Shown: positions 50,301-64,000 of the stretch, piece by piece | Numbering within the stretch: position 1 is the first letter of the stretch | How the letters are laid out: each line of letters begins with the position of its first letter | Origin: Tubulanus polymorphus | Lineage: Eukaryota > Animalia > Nemertea | Assembly (NCBI RefSeq): GCF_964204645.1 | Contig: NC_134026.1 | Span: 9,323,950-9,387,949, forward strand | Direction: 5' to 3' | Length of the DNA: 64,000 bases | Program-made: the position numbers and the translations under genes | The notes under the pieces: model-generated | Seen by the model: the letters and a program-made list of their open reading frames with translations, nothing else | What the model was told of the DNA's origin: nothing | The model's database searches: none

Positions 50301-53300
50301 ACCGCCTGGGCTTTCCGCGACGAAACCGACAAACTGGGTCGTAACCGCAGCCGAAATGGCTACGTACGACGTGATGTTTAAAAAAGCTGACTCGGATATG
50401 GATGGCTATGTGTCCGGTGTCGAGATTCGAGATTCTTTAATTCAAACTGGAGCTCCTCATCAAGTATTAGCACATATATGGTAAACATTATTGGCCAGTT
50501 GCATTTATCAGGGTGACCACGATTCTGGAATACAGGAAACGTACAGGGAACTGATTTCTCGCAGTGTATATGATCAAGCTCTGGAAAACACAGGGAAATG
50601 GTGTTTATGTTGCGCACACATTTTTCCCATATACAGAGCTGCCAAGTTCCTGATTTTCAGTATTTGTTACCATTTTATAACGAGAAATACTAATTAGATT
50701 TGTTTGATGCATACAGACATACAGAAATATGAAAGATGTCACTGAGGTTCTTACTGTGATAACTGATTTAAATTTGAACATTTTCTTTCATATTTCAATG
50801 AGATGTTGCTGAAAAAAATTCAGCTTGTTACTGATAGCACTTTTCAGAGGTTGGCAGACCTGCACAAATTTTGCTCCTTTCCTATTGATGTTCTGCAGAA
50901 CACGGAAAGTTCAGTTTTTACTGGAAAAACACAAGAAAAAACCCAGGGAATTTTGAAATGGATGGATTGTGGATATGTATTCTGTTCTACGATTCTGTGG
51001 GAACCCTATTTTGTTGGGAGACAATCCCGATGATTGAATTGATACACGTATCATGTAGTATATGAGCAACCAACACCATAGCTTATTTTGATATCCAATA
51101 TTCGTTCGTTTTAGGGGCCTCGTCGATTCTAAAAGTAGCGGTAAAGTGAACAATGAACAGTTCGCCTTAATCATGCATTTAATACATCAAAAACTACAAG
51201 GAACGGATCCGCCTCCGCAGCTTACCACGGAAATGATTCCGCCGAGTTTAAGAAAGACGTCAGTCGATGGATTCACGGTAAGAGTTGCTGTAAATTATTC
51301 AAAAATCTGCAAGTTGTGCACATAGAAAAATGTATTGGGTACAAATCTCTGGAGGACTTACCGTATTGAAGAGGCGCAGAGCAAACTGATAATTTCACTG
51401 AAAAATTTCATTTGTTAATAACAAACCGTTCAGGTTCACTGAAACTCGGATGTTATCATCGGCCATGTTTTTTGTTCGTGAATTTGAAAGCAAACGCAAT
51501 AGGCAATCTAATTGGCGCTGTCAGTTAATCAGTGGCAAAGCTGCTAAACTATGCGAACTGGGTCTATTCGGGCATGGGTTCATATTTTTGTAGTCTTGAT
51601 ACCATTGGGTTCGAATCTTTGCTGAGGGAGGATAGTCCGCTTGATTATGCAGGGGTCGGATTGATGTAAAAAATATGTGAAAAATTTTCATAAATGCATG
51701 TCTGTTCATACTCCTCAGAATTGCTGTATATAATGTATATTATTTAAGAGATTTTATTTCAATCTGCCCAGATAGTGATCTGTCACTGCTTATCTTATTG
51801 TACCTTGATGTAAAAAAAAGTGTTCTATGTAAAAAAAAGAAAGTTCTATGAAAAATCTATGGCAAAATTCCTGGATTCGGTTCCACAGTTATGTAAACTC
51901 AGTGTTAGAATTAGTTCATTATCAATGAGTTAACTCTGAGTTAGATCTTAATTCACAACTGGAACTGGGTCCTGGTATTTTATTGTGAAAAAAATGTTCA
52001 AAAAAGCCAATTGTAAGGATATGAAAAAGAATGAAAATTCTTGAATTCATCAAAGAATCGATGAAATGCTTGAGATTTTATTTCGAAAAACTATCAATTC
52101 CAGATCGGATTCTCTGATATTTGTTTGATACGAGTGGTTTTACTTTCGAGGCGACTTGCGAACTTTCATGATCGTAATGGTCATTACAAGTAGAGTGAGA
52201 CCTACGAATCCCATACCGAAGTATATCACGTAATGTTCGATATCGAAATTTGTCGGCTGTTTGACGTTTATTTTGATGCTGGCGATCAGTCTTTTCCCTA
52301 CCCAACAACTGAAAAGTGGAGAGAGAAGAATGTATTACAAGATATATACATATTGCATGATGATGTTAGAATTAAAGCCCCATTATACACAAATTTGAAA
52401 GAATAAAAACAAGTTTATTTACTTAACACATTCACTGCCATCAAGATCATACGGTGCCGCCCGAATTGTTACTACAAGTATATTCGAAGGTTGGCACTAC
52501 TAGACTAGTAGAGCTGTTAGATAGTTGGCCTTTGCTCAAAATTGACCGATGAGCGTTGAGAATGAAGCAGAGTTTGTTCACATTGCCAGCCAATCATGAA
52601 CTGTGTCATTCCCATTTGCCAGAGTGCATGCATAACTCGAAATATGAAGAATTGGCTGTACGCCTATTCGTAGTGGCACTGGTGACAGAACTTGAAGCAC
52701 AAGTATATTCGTAGCCGGCAGCGAATGTGCTAATAAAAAATTTCTTTATGATTTACTCTAGAAACCATCGTCGGGTTGGGTTTTGATTTTATTAACTACT
52801 AGCTGGACGGCTTTCTTGTTGGGCGCAGGGTGCGTCAGTCGTGAGCACACCTCCTCCTCCTTCGCATAACCTGAGTTCTGCTATTTTTGTATAGAATACA
52901 TTCATTTTCATTGGCCAGGAAGTGCATACTTCAAATGTTCAGAATTCTTGGACCAATCGACCCCTCAGTTTATCTGTCTGTGGTCTAATTTCTCGATCAG
53001 ATATCATCATCAAAGCCTATATAATCATAACCACCAACAATTAGGTCACTAACGATATGCATCAGCTTCCAGTGCCATTCCGAGAGGCTGCGTATGGGCC
53101 TGCACTCACCCCAGAGCCATTCCAAGAGGTTGCATGTGGGCCTACGTACCCCTGTAAAACCTGTATTTGGCATAAATTCAAGATCAATTATCAATACAAA
53201 GCCTCTCCGATTATAAAAGTTTACCACCAACGATTAGGTCACTAACTGCATAGCCGCCTTCCATCCCCCCTGAGCCATTCCGAGAGGTAACGTATGAACC

Positions 53301-56300
53301 TAAGACCCCCAAATATCTTGTTTTGGATATATTAACCCAATTGACAAAGGCTATTGATGGATTATCTTAACTGATATATACCTGTATGTTGGTACCATTT
53401 TTAAATCGTCCAAATTTCACAAATAACGATTTAGACTCGAGTCTTATGTATGGGCCTCTGGGAGCCATTCCGAGAAGCTGTGTATCTTTTTTTAACTCAT
53501 CTTTTTTAACCGAATTTTAGCCCAGGCTTGATGAAAATGAATATTGTGACTTCCTCGGACCACCAATCTGTTTAAAACATGTAATATGACGACGGGAAAA
53601 ACTGATATTATGCGTCAGTAAAAGGACGTTTAAGTATGTGCATTAATTTCCTTACAATGCGTCGCGGTAAATACCTCTGTTTTGCTTTATAGTATAGATT
53701 CTACACATCTGACTAAGAATGGCTATTCACTATTACAGTGATTCTCGCTGCAACCAGACATTTGTTTCTTTGAAGTCAGTAACAAGCTCAAAAAACTTTG
53801 TTTAGATTTGCTTGAAATTCCAGTCGCCAGGTGGCATTATATATTTTTTCATACACTGGCGATAGGTCATTATATATATTGATGGGCGTTTAAGATTTAA
53901 CGTTAAGGAAAATATTTCTCAAATTTTTGAGTTAAGACAGTATTATATCAGGTGTCCCAAAAATGTGAATGGTCTTTGAAAGTATTTCCTCACCTATCAG
54001 ATCGACCTTACGACGCGACTCAACTGTCGGCGACTATCATAGATTGCACTCAGATCGAATTCAGCGATAATCGCCGACCAGTTGCTATAGTCGTAACGAC
54101 TGAACGTGAGCGCGCTCACATCGACACCGATACACCGAGTCGTGGGCTCCCTACAAGTAGATCACGTGACCCGTTCAATGCTACATGCACACATTTCCCT
54201 AATGAAAAATAACAATGTGTATGCCAATTTTATTCCATAAACTCTCCATCTATTTAGCGGTATTATTGTGAGAGAAAAATTAAAAATTTTAGAGTGATTC
54301 AAATGATATCAATAATTTTAGGTTATTCATCAAAGTTTTTTATTATCAACATGCAAAAACGTTGTGGAAAGGTAGCAGCAGCCGCATTGTATATTGAGGC
54401 TGTTTCTCTTCTCAGAATAATAATGAGCTTTCCTTCATATTTGACGGTCCATGAGGTCGCCATGTTTATTTTTGATCCGCTACTCTGATTGGCTGAAATT
54501 AGTTGTGGAGTCGGCAACTCATCGCAGAAACAGGCACATCGACTGCGACGAGTCGGCGACTGGTTCTGTCGCGTCGTAGAAGTAGAACATGTTCAACTCC
54601 TGTGATTCAGTCGCCGAATGTGAAAAAGTGTCGCACGACGGTCGTAGCTAGACTCAGATCGACTAGAATTGGTGACGGAAATAGTGCGACGATCGGCGGT
54701 AGTCGCTGGAAAACCAGTCGCCGACCAGTTGAGTCGCGTCGTAAGGTCGATCTGAGCAAATTCAAAAAAGACAGTCAAAAATGCGCGACCAAGTCCACAA
54801 TATCGTGACCAAACTTTTTCATCATGACACAGACAGCGGTATTGCATTGTTTGCATTGTTGAAAATGCAGTTTCGAATTGAGATCTAGCAATATTCGCAT
54901 TACATATAGCCTATGTGAACGATGTTAGTATTTGAGTAAATTGAAAATTTCTTCAAAGATTCTGAGTCACATATGGAAAGTAAAAGTGAGTAAAATCTAA
55001 TATTCGATTTCTCCGAATAGGTTTTACAAGTTATCTATAGATACCTTTACTCTATACCACATAGGGAGGGAGCTATAGAACATCGAAGGGAACCTTGCTG
55101 GGGCTGATTAATTGGTAAAAATGGCTGGCAGTTGAGCGGTAAATACGTACAGATGTACATCAGCCTGGGGCTTAGCCCTTTCAGTGCATCTACACCGCAC
55201 TTTGGTGTAAAAATCGGTGATGGATTTTCCGAGTACATAGCGCTGTTTTTATCTTTATTGTAAAATGGCAGCACCTGTCAAACATGGTGAAATATTAGTA
55301 ACTAACAATACACCGCACTACGGTGTAGATGCACTATAGCGGTATTCCCGCTCTTCTCTAGGGTAGAATTTATCAAAATTTTCAAATTATCTCCAGCACT
55401 ATAAGGTATCAGTTAGTCTGCACTGAAAGGGTTAAAAGATTGAATAACTTATCGGTTATTTTGATTGTTGGGTTTGAGACTTTACCTGTAGTAATGCGCG
55501 TCTGTGTATCGCAGTTTTCTGATGTGTAAATATCCCTTTAAATCGACGTTGATCCGGCCTCTTGTTTGACGTCTGATCGTAATTGGATCGATGAACTGTG
55601 ATCCGTTCATCCAAACAACGCGTACGTCGCTGTGAACATCGCTGCAAAAATCATCATATTTATCGACATTATCTATGCAAATTGTTCAGGGATAGATATA
55701 GGATTTTGAAAGGGGCTGGTGGTTTAAATTAGAAATGAGGAGGGCAACTACTGTCTGAGCCAGCGCTGAAACAAAGCAAAAATGATGGGATATAGAAATT
55801 GACATGCATTTTCATGCAATCATAGGGTATTTTTCGTCAATTTAGGAAATATTTCAACCAACTTTTTCAACTACATTGGCAATATTCGGAAAGGCACTTG
55901 GCTGAAAAAGAGGGGTGTGTTTGAACCCCTGAACCCAGGATCTGCCACTGGTGTTTCGATGAATAGATTGATATTCTATTTGTTTGATTGTTCTTACAGC
56001 TGCAGAGTAAGGATTTTTTTTCAATTTCCTGAATGATCTTTTGTTGGTTACTTGTCAGGGGCAGATCCTGAGATGGACTTTGACTGGAGCACAAAAAAAT
56101 GAAAAGGGCATTGGACATGTATCCACGCAGAGCAAGGCCTATAGGTGTGATGCCAAAACAGGGTTCAGGGAAACTATTTGTGTACTTGTGATTGTAATAT
56201 ATGAAATGAGGATTTCAAAATCTAGACCTCATAACCTGAACGTTTTTCATAGGCATCCAAATGATGATATAATTCAGATTAATCGGGTTCTAAAGTCGTA

Positions 56301-59300
56301 AATGACATAAAGATTTATTATAGCTGGCGTAAGCTGCACTCACTGCGGACATTCCAATTTGATTGACTTCTCGAAATCTTCGTAAATGAATTTTCTCTTC
56401 GTCATTGGCGGCGCGACGGGCGGATTTTTACCAGAATACACACCAGCCTCGGGATGAATGATCTCCAGTAGTTTGCCGTTCACATCCGTTATGTTCAACA
56501 CCGACGGCAGAGTGGGGCATACTTCTGAACACCAACCTTGACATAGAGAAAAAAACATGCTTCATCTACATTATATCTTCATTGATTGAAATTTCATCGC
56601 GCGAAATTTGATTGGTTATGAAAATGATTGAAAAGCATTGATTTGTGTATACCGTGTTTTTTAGACTTAGATATGATATCAAATACAGTTTGAAATCTAT
56701 CTGATAACCCCTTTCAGCGCATCTATTCCACATTGCGGTGTATAAATCGGTGATGGATTTTGTTAGTACATCGCATTGCAGTGTATCCATTAGTAATTAG
56801 TAATTAGTTTTTATATCTATTGAAAGATGGCATCACCTGTCAAGGATAGTGAAATATTTGCAACTAATGATACACCTCGCCACGGTGTCGACGCACTAGA
56901 GGAGTATGCCCATTATGCAACAAAATGGGGGGGGGGATTTTTAGGATTTCGTAATCATCGCCAGCACTTTAGGGTATCAGGTAGTCAGCAATGAAAGGGT
57001 TTAAGTCACATGCAACCAAACTTGTTTAAGTTGTCATACGTAGTTGGCACCATCATTATGTTGACAACTTATCCATGTCAATGAATTACACTTAGTAATT
57101 TCAATTGGAAATACAAATGGAACCAAAAATAAGACAACTTAAATACAGCTAAAGGAATGAAACGGGATAATGACAATGTATTTGGCTGTAATTTCGTGCA
57201 ACAAAATGCCAGTTTTATTGACCAGTTTGAATAAAACCCTTGCATATACCAAGCTATTTCTTATTATAGTTAACCTCAGGGGCCAATTGCACAGTCATAC
57301 CTTAGATTTGAGACTTGAGACAAGTCTAAGACCAACTTAATTCTTTAGTCAATCTAACAACTTAAAAGACCAGTCTTAAGATTTGAGACCACTATAAGAC
57401 TTAAGTCGCGACTGCGCAACCGGACCCAGGGTCTATAGAACTTTTGATGTAAATTATAAATGACTGTGCAGCCAGGAGCCCTAGATAGGCCTAAAACAAA
57501 CATTTTTAATATCGCTTTTCAGTATTTCCATGTTTTTAGATTAAGTTAAAGATACTCGGATTACCTACCTATCTCAGTTTCGCTTGGCCTGTCTTTGATT
57601 TTAGGATTTAGGGCCAGATGGGTTGGCAGCAGTGATGACCTACATGGTATCCCATTTGAATACTGCCTGAGTTGTTTTACATCAACCGGTTTCAGTGGTT
57701 TATCTCTATCTAATAGCTGAAAATATGAAGAGAACACTTTATACTTTGGCAATTTCAGAGAAATCCAAGAAGGCAGTCTTTACATTGGAAATATTGATTA
57801 GGACGATACAACTGGTTTCGACCATATGGAGCTTTTACTTTTACTAACGTAGTCAAAAGATGGCACTTACTTCAGACGGGCATAGGTTGACCTTGCAAAT
57901 GCCAGTGACTCATTGCGACCAGCAGAGATGATTGTGTCACAAAGATCACCTACGGTGGTCGGCTAATTGTCATATAAACAAGGATTATGATTGTTTCAAG
58001 TCGTGCCTCACCTGTACCATACATGTGCCAACTCTTTGTCGACTCCCTGGTTTGTCACAAAGATTACAACCACCCCACTCTGCCCATTGCGTGAAAATCT
58101 TAAGATTTTCTTCTTGCGAAACTGTATTGTTCAGAATTCGGTCGCCTGGCAAACCAAGTTCTTTTGCCTGAAAAATTGGATTCTCCACTATGAAGTGTCT
58201 GCCACCATCATTTTCCTCAGTAAAAGAATCACATAAAGCACAGGCAATGGGGCGTATAATTTTTTCGTAAACATCTCACCTGCCTTATGAGTTCTGTTTC
58301 TATGATATCGACGTGATAAGCCACTTCGTATTGGCTGCGTTTAAGACAGTAATATTGTCCCGTATCGGTTACTTTAGGTTTTCTGAGTATCAAGTCTTTC
58401 GTTGGCGTTATAACAAAATTGTCGTTTGATTCGACGATCTCTTCGCCGAGTGTTGTGGTCAGTGTTCGTTTCCAAATAACGTCGGCATAAAAGTTCTTGT
58501 CGTGTGGTGGTGGGCTGTTGTATTGCAGGAATTCATACATTAGGGATAAGTGATATTGATGATGATATTAGAACATTTTAGTAGCAGCTATTCCACTGTG
58601 CGTACTTCAGTGAGTGTTCACCGGGGGTCGAACATCGGTATTACCCCTAGCGCTTTATCTCTTCACTGTGTATCAATAATATTTTCCTGGGGAGAAGTGA
58701 CATTCTAGCGACCATGAGTTGTACCCATTCACTCTTGGGTAGAGAGATGCAATGTCTCACCTAGGGACACTACGGTCATGTATGGGTTTGTTGGTTATTT
58801 TATTGTTCTCACAGCGTTTGCTCGAGAATTGCACGAAAACTTTGCCCGTGTTCACCAGGCTTAACTACTCATCCAAACTGCTCTACTAAGAAGACACTTT
58901 ACAAAGATTTGAACCCAATGCCTTAGTCTATATAAACAAAAAAACCATTAAATCAGGGCCCAGTTCTGCATCTGTCACACATGGTCTCCGTGCGATGCAT
59001 AATATATGCAGACAAACTGCTTATTAACAAAATTATGGATGAAAATGTCGCACGTAGAGCATAGCCTATGTGTGGTGACAGACCTGTTATTTTAACTCAA
59101 GTCTCACTCAATGGAAATCTGTGGAACTAGATCCAGGTACTATCAATTGAGATAGAAACATTGAATTTCACAAATATGTAGCCACTAAATTAAAAGTAAC
59201 AAGATATTTTCTAATTAATTACCAAGCATTGCAACTCAATTGTAGTCTTTGACCATCAATTCCTAAGATGGCTTCTCCTCCGATGCGAGTGTACGCTTCG

Positions 59301-62300
59301 TAATATTTGTTCTTCTGTGTCAAACACAGGTAATATTCATCAAATTGTTCTTTCTCTTGTTGGTGTTTTGATTTTTCATCGGCTACCAATTCGAGAAAAG
59401 CATCCAGAATGAGTAAACTTAGAAAAATAGCTCTAATCATTTTTTAAGTAGTTTGAATGAGGAGTCCAGTTAGTTGCCACAACAACATTGTTGCCATGTA
59501 ACCACTGATTAAATTATTTATCTCTAAATCCTTAATCATTATCATTAATAGAAACATTTTTTGTTCTAATTATTTCAGGATGATGTACCATCAATTGATA
59601 TGCCAACATCGAATAAAGAAATAGAAGCTATAACAAAGGAAATAGAACTACTCAAAAGGTATGTTAAGAAAAAATGAAGTTCTAAATAAATTCTCAAAAT
59701 TGAATATAATTACAGCATTTAAATGCTTTAGAGCATGTGAAGGAAAGCTTTTTCGTCAAATTGCTCCTCTTTTCTGTTACCCATTTTGTTGAATCCGTTG
59801 CTTAACTTCGCATAATTTTTGTTTTCTGTAGCGAAAAAATGATGCTAGAAAAAGACCGCGCTCAAAGAGATGCCGACATCAAGATACGAACGGGCGAAGT
59901 ACAGTCGTTACAAAAAGAACTGGACGCAATTACTGCAACCCTGAATCAGCTGGAAACACAAAAAGGAGAGGCGCAAAAACGATTAGATGAACTAGACGAA
60001 AAGGTATTGCTTAATTTTTGGATATCTTATTATTGCTATTTGTTTAGCCCTCTGCATGCATTTCATAGTCAATAGATGCATCCAGAAAAGATATTTGCTT
60101 CACAAGAAACCCCAATCATATCATTGACATTGTCAGTACCTCATTGGTAAGGTAAATCATCAGCCATTAACTTTTCATTTCTGTGTGAACTAATGGTGGA
60201 AGAATCAACTCGACTATGATATACATGATTTTATTTTGAAGGACTTTTTATCTTAGGGTATCATCTTTTCTGGACTGGTCTATGAAATCAGTTTTTAAGG
60301 CATTTGGGGCTTCATATTAAGAGGCAATGTTTCGAAATATCAGTTTGGGGAGAGCTACCCTGATTATCATATTCACTTTTCAGAGATCAAACTTGGAAAA
60401 TAACTTCAAGGACTTGAAAGAAAAATGCGGTGAAGAACAGAGAATGGTAAATATAAGCACATGTGTCAAAATAGTTTTCCTGTTTGTAGAGTTTGATTCT
60501 TAAATCAACGGACAACTGGTACTGGTTTCAGAATCAAGTTAAAAGTTTTAAGACTGGTTTTAACACATTCATTGCCAACTATTAAGTATCTAGTATTGGT
60601 TCTGTTGCCATTGCCTCTTAAGTGAATCCAGTTTCACTTCAAGAGTTAACAATTTCATTTCTTCATCAATTCCATTTATCAATTTTGGAGGTAACCTTTC
60701 TGTGAAACGGCACCCTGATCGCTGTTTGATAAATCCACTCCAGCAGGGGGATAACACGGCTTCTTATTGCCTGGCTTATTGGTCCATTTTAATCGATGGT
60801 TTTTTGCTGTCTGTGTTAGCATACTTCCAACTTCATAGACTCCGCTCAAGTCGGACCATTTTGAACTGTGAAAAATATATGAGATATCGGAGTAAGACAA
60901 TATATACTCCATATAAGCCTATAGTGTCACATTGATATCTCACCGAAATTCCAGTTCAACGATGACCCCAGTGGATCGGATCCAACTTGAGCATAGTGTA
61001 TGGTACTGGAATAAAAAACTAATTTAAAAACTCGGTCCCTTCATTAGTCTTGAATCTGAAACCAGATCCTGTAGAGTTCTATTGAGATATAATTATAAGC
61101 GCATGTTCGTGTACCAGTACCTGTTTCTTGTTCAAATATTTATCTCGAAAGAATCTGGCCGTAAAGATGGGTCCTTATTATTGTTGGTATTAGTTTTCAA
61201 CAATGAAATCATCAAAAACTTCAGTTCTTCAGGTAAAGCTTGTCACTGGTTCGAGAATTGGACCCAGTGTAGTACTAGCACTAACATGAGCACCGAAGAT
61301 CATTGTAAATAATTTTCTAGAGTCTATCTATAGCCTTTTTGAAGAAATGACAAAACTGTGAGAAACCATTGAAAACACGGAAATGTTCTCATCTGTTAAT
61401 ATAACTGCATAACTCTGTCAAATAGACAGTCTGTTGTATAAAAAGTATTAGCAAGCAGACTAAAAGGCTTAAATTGACTACTGGCAATCGAAATATTATT
61501 TTGGTCTTGAAAAGAATGCTACGTCTGAGCAAATTTGTGGTTGAAATGTGTCCTGTGGTGTGATAGGCTGTAGAAACTAGTGTTAGGTTAACCCTGATTG
61601 GGCAGAAAGATATTCTGAGCAGTTGCAGCTTGGATGTTACTCTCTGGGAGCACGTCGATCTAGAACCCCGTTTCGATTTTTTTTTTTTTCTTGAAAAAAA
61701 AATCGGCTCCGAAATTCGCGCCCCGTGCACTAGCGCCATCTAGTGGCCGATGTTATCAAACGCGGAAGTTACTACGTCCGTTCAGACTTGTTTCAGTCGA
61801 CCAATTTATCACACTCGATAGTCAAATGTAGGAACATGAAAAGAAAAAAACTGCGTCACTGCATCACTTTGTGCAGAATGATCATTTTGACGAAGTCCTT
61901 TTAATGTAATTATCAGATGTATGTGTTTTGTCACATTATTTAAGTCAAGCGAATGGTTTTTGAAAGTTGTGATTTGGTCAGTATGTACAAACTGTACATG
62001 TAAATATTATTCAGACTGATTCCAGTTAGAATCAGTTGTTATAGCGTACCATACATTATTTCCATTGCGATTGTCTTACAAATGATAGTGTGAAGCCATG
62101 TATAGGTTTTTGCACACATGTGTCTAAGAAAATTTATTCCGAGCCATCTCTAGTTGATATTATCCATTCTAGAAACTTTGTTTCTGGTCATGCTATAAAC
62201 CCCTTGCAGCCATATGCATATGTCTACCATAAAATAAGTTTGCTGCTTTTATTAAATAAGAAATTTTATGAAATTTGTAAATACGCAACCATATTATCAA

Positions 62301-64000
62301 TTTCTGAGCTAAATCTCAATCCAATATATCAATTATCTATTCAAGTTAATTTTCAAGAATGTTTTCAACTGCGTCAGTTTATCTTCTGCTCTTCCAGTTA
62401 CATGTTTTTTTTTTGTTTCGACGTTGCCGAATAATGTAGCCCAGGTCAACCACTCTACGTTTTCAGTTTGTTGACGTTTTTACATGTACTTCGCACTGTA
62501 GGTTGATAGTCTAAGGTCTCAAATTACCTGTCAAGAGATTTCTATAAAGGTGAGTTTTTTTTTTACCACAAGTTGGTTACGCAAGCCAGAAGGGCACGCT
62601 TTGTTCCAGGAATGATGACGGTGACTTCTTTCTTTTCGCCATCAAATTTTAGGGTCAAGAAGAAGAATTAGCGAAATTAAGAGTAGAATTAAATGATCTA
62701 CGCGGAGAAGAAAGTAAACTAGAACAACAGGTCGAAGCGGGTCAAACTCAACTCGAAACTGTTCTTAAATCACTGAAAGAAACTCATCAAGAACATCAAC
62801 AGGTAACGTAATAAGTTTACTAATACTTACGTAATACTTTTTAGCTTTAATGTCATTTAGGTCAAGTTCACGTTCTCAAGACAATATGTAGAGTATCCCA
62901 AAATTATAACGAAAGAATAATACTGTTGTATCAATGGTTATTTGTCAAATGCACTAGTTTTGATTTGGCCATATTTGATGTCAAACACTAATCACTAATC
63001 TGGCTTGTTTCATGACCGAGTGCGTGGCTCTGAAACACAAAACACGTTTATGTCTTTAGGGTTAAAGCTAAGGTTAAGAAGAGTTTTTGAAAGACCAGAA
63101 ATAAAGTTTCAGAGCTGGGAAACCGTTACTGATTTTCAGTTATTGTTACTATTTTATAACGAGAAATACTGATTTGATTTGTTTGATGCGGACAGAAATA
63201 TGAAAGATGTTACTGAGAGTCTTACTGTTGATAACTCATTAATTGAACATTTTCGTTCATATTTCAATAAGATGTTACTGAAAATTGTTACTGATAGCAC
63301 TTTTCAGAGGTTGAGAGCCCTGAAGTTTGATAAGGTTTTGAATCTATGATTTTTATTTTGCCTATTCTTGTCAGACTAATTTAAGTATAACTGCAGAGCC
63401 AATCGAGCTGAAAGGCTTGAATCACTTGTTACTTAAAAAATAGTACAGTCGAATTCCATTAGACCATGACCGTCCTCCAATATAATGATACTGATGTCAT
63501 ATCCGCCATATTGCATGGTTTATCTTGAGTATAATTGTATAAAGATGTATTAAAAATCACAAATCTTGTGAAATGGTTGATCAGCTCTTTACTCACCTTT
63601 TTCATATACAGCAAAAGTTAAGGCTTCGGCAGATAAGAGAACAGGCTGATAAGATGTCATCAGATGTAGCCGAACTACCGGAATTAGCATTACACAATGG
63701 TAACCATGCGCTGTCATCAGATCTTACAAACTTTCGAGACTCGCCTTTACAAGATAATAATGAAATGGTGAGTAAAAAGGGGAGCAAATCATTTACTTGC
63801 GACAGCAAACATGTTACTTAACAAAACAAAAGTCTTTAACAAACGTCATTAAAATGTATATTTTGTATTGTCTAGGTCACTAATATTCCATTGAGTAATG
63901 GCACCTCAATGTCGGCAGCTTTAGGTATCTCTGCAGCTGGAGGTGATGCATTTACCGAAGATCCATTTGGCAATGATCGAGATCCCTTCCAAAACGAAGA
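44362..64000 (+). CDS. EPS15: Epidermal growth factor receptor substrate 15 (Eps15/Eps15L1), 3' part runs off window
   Basis: Exons 44362-44394, 45868-45912, 46362-46451, 46882-47025, 47732-47794, 47870-47953, 48417-48518, 49216-49416, 50293-50480, 51115-51277, 59579-59658, 59832-60003, 60384-60446, 62502-62549, 62653-62802, 63612-63767 and 63876-end. They give three EH domains ([11 protein letters not shown]; [27 protein letters not shown]; [10 protein letters not shown]), a coiled coil and the first DPF motifs. Confidence 0.95.
50634..50862. mobile_element. Non-autonomous DNA transposon (CAGAGCTG...CCTG ends), copy 1
   Basis: Ends CAGAGCTGCCAA / TTGGCAGACCTG; homologous along its length to 63110-63322. 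Confidence 0.75.
52140..59440 (-). CDS. FAM187A: FAM187A-like Ig-domain type I membrane protein, nested antisense in an Eps15 intron, 7 exons
   Basis: Exons 59440-59223, 58514-58280, 58167-58012, 57716-57569, 56536-56344, 55641-55486 and 52308-52140. They give a signal peptide, Ig domain (DTGQYYC), [25 protein letters not shown] and GIPCRS (FAM187 hallmarks), a second Ig domain (DAHYYSC), a TM segment and a short basic tail. Confidence 0.8.
53997..54755. mobile_element. MITE with perfect 30-bp terminal inverted repeats
   Basis: TCAGATCGACCTTACGACGCGACTCAACTG at 53997 and its exact reverse complement at 54726-54755; CpG-rich subterminal repeats. Confidence 0.85.
55176..55431. mobile_element. 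piggyBac-type MITE, copy 1
   Basis: TTAG|CCCTTTCAGTGCA...TGCACTGAAAGGG|TTAA (TTAA target site, CCC ends). Confidence 0.8.
56709..56999. mobile_element. piggyBac-type MITE, copy 2 (diverged)
   Basis: CCCTTTCAGCGCATCTA...GCAATGAAAGGG; internal homology to 55176-55431. Confidence 0.7.
59473..59502. promoter_or_regulatory. Two tandem RFX X-box-like motifs upstream of the FAM187A-like start
   Basis: GTTGCCACAACAAC (59473-59486) and GTTGCCATGTAAC (59490-59502), compared with the consensus GTTGCCATGGCAAC. Confidence 0.5.
61731..61748 (-). promoter_or_regulatory. CTCF consensus site in an Eps15 intron
   Basis: GGCCACTAGATGGCGCTA matches CCASYAGRKGGCRS. Confidence 0.5.
63110..63322. mobile_element. 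Non-autonomous DNA transposon, copy 2, with 6-bp flanking duplication AAGTTT
   Basis: AAGTTT|CAGAGCTG...GAGCCCTG|AAGTTT; homologous to 50634-50862. Confidence 0.75.

Noticed and set aside
54503-54856. Arg/Ser-rich overlapping ORFs
   Set aside because: They lie in the subterminal repeats of the 53997-54755 MITE.
63055-63075. Possible Eps15 micro-exon (TTTAG GGTTAAAGCTAAG GT)
   Set aside because: Introduces an in-frame stop; flanking exons join in frame without it.

Overview
AT-rich, intron-rich animal genomic DNA, probably from a marine invertebrate (the taxon cannot be fixed from the sequence). The left ~26 kb is a nest of mobile-element remnants. It holds three arrays of a 31-bp satellite and several Ty3/Gypsy LTR pieces. 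It also holds two divergent, 5'-truncated, envelope-bearing chromodomain Gypsy elements (minus ~10.8-15.2 kb; plus ~18.0-25.4 kb). Both envs encode a class I (F-type) fusion protein followed by an internal signal peptide and a second membrane protein with a late-domain-like tail. Fragments of a Polinton/adintovirus-like DNA virus (major capsid protein, packaging ATPase) and a broken dUTPase lie among them. The right ~38 kb is genic. It contains a small secreted CxxxC...CxxxC peptide gene, two tandem 9-exon paralogues of an uncharacterised four-repeat PPxY/CaaX protein, and the 5' part of an Eps15 gene with a FAM187A-like gene nested antisense in one intron. Introns carry many MITEs and a pair of Penelope-type minimal hammerhead motifs. 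All calls come from manual reading and translation; no searches were run.
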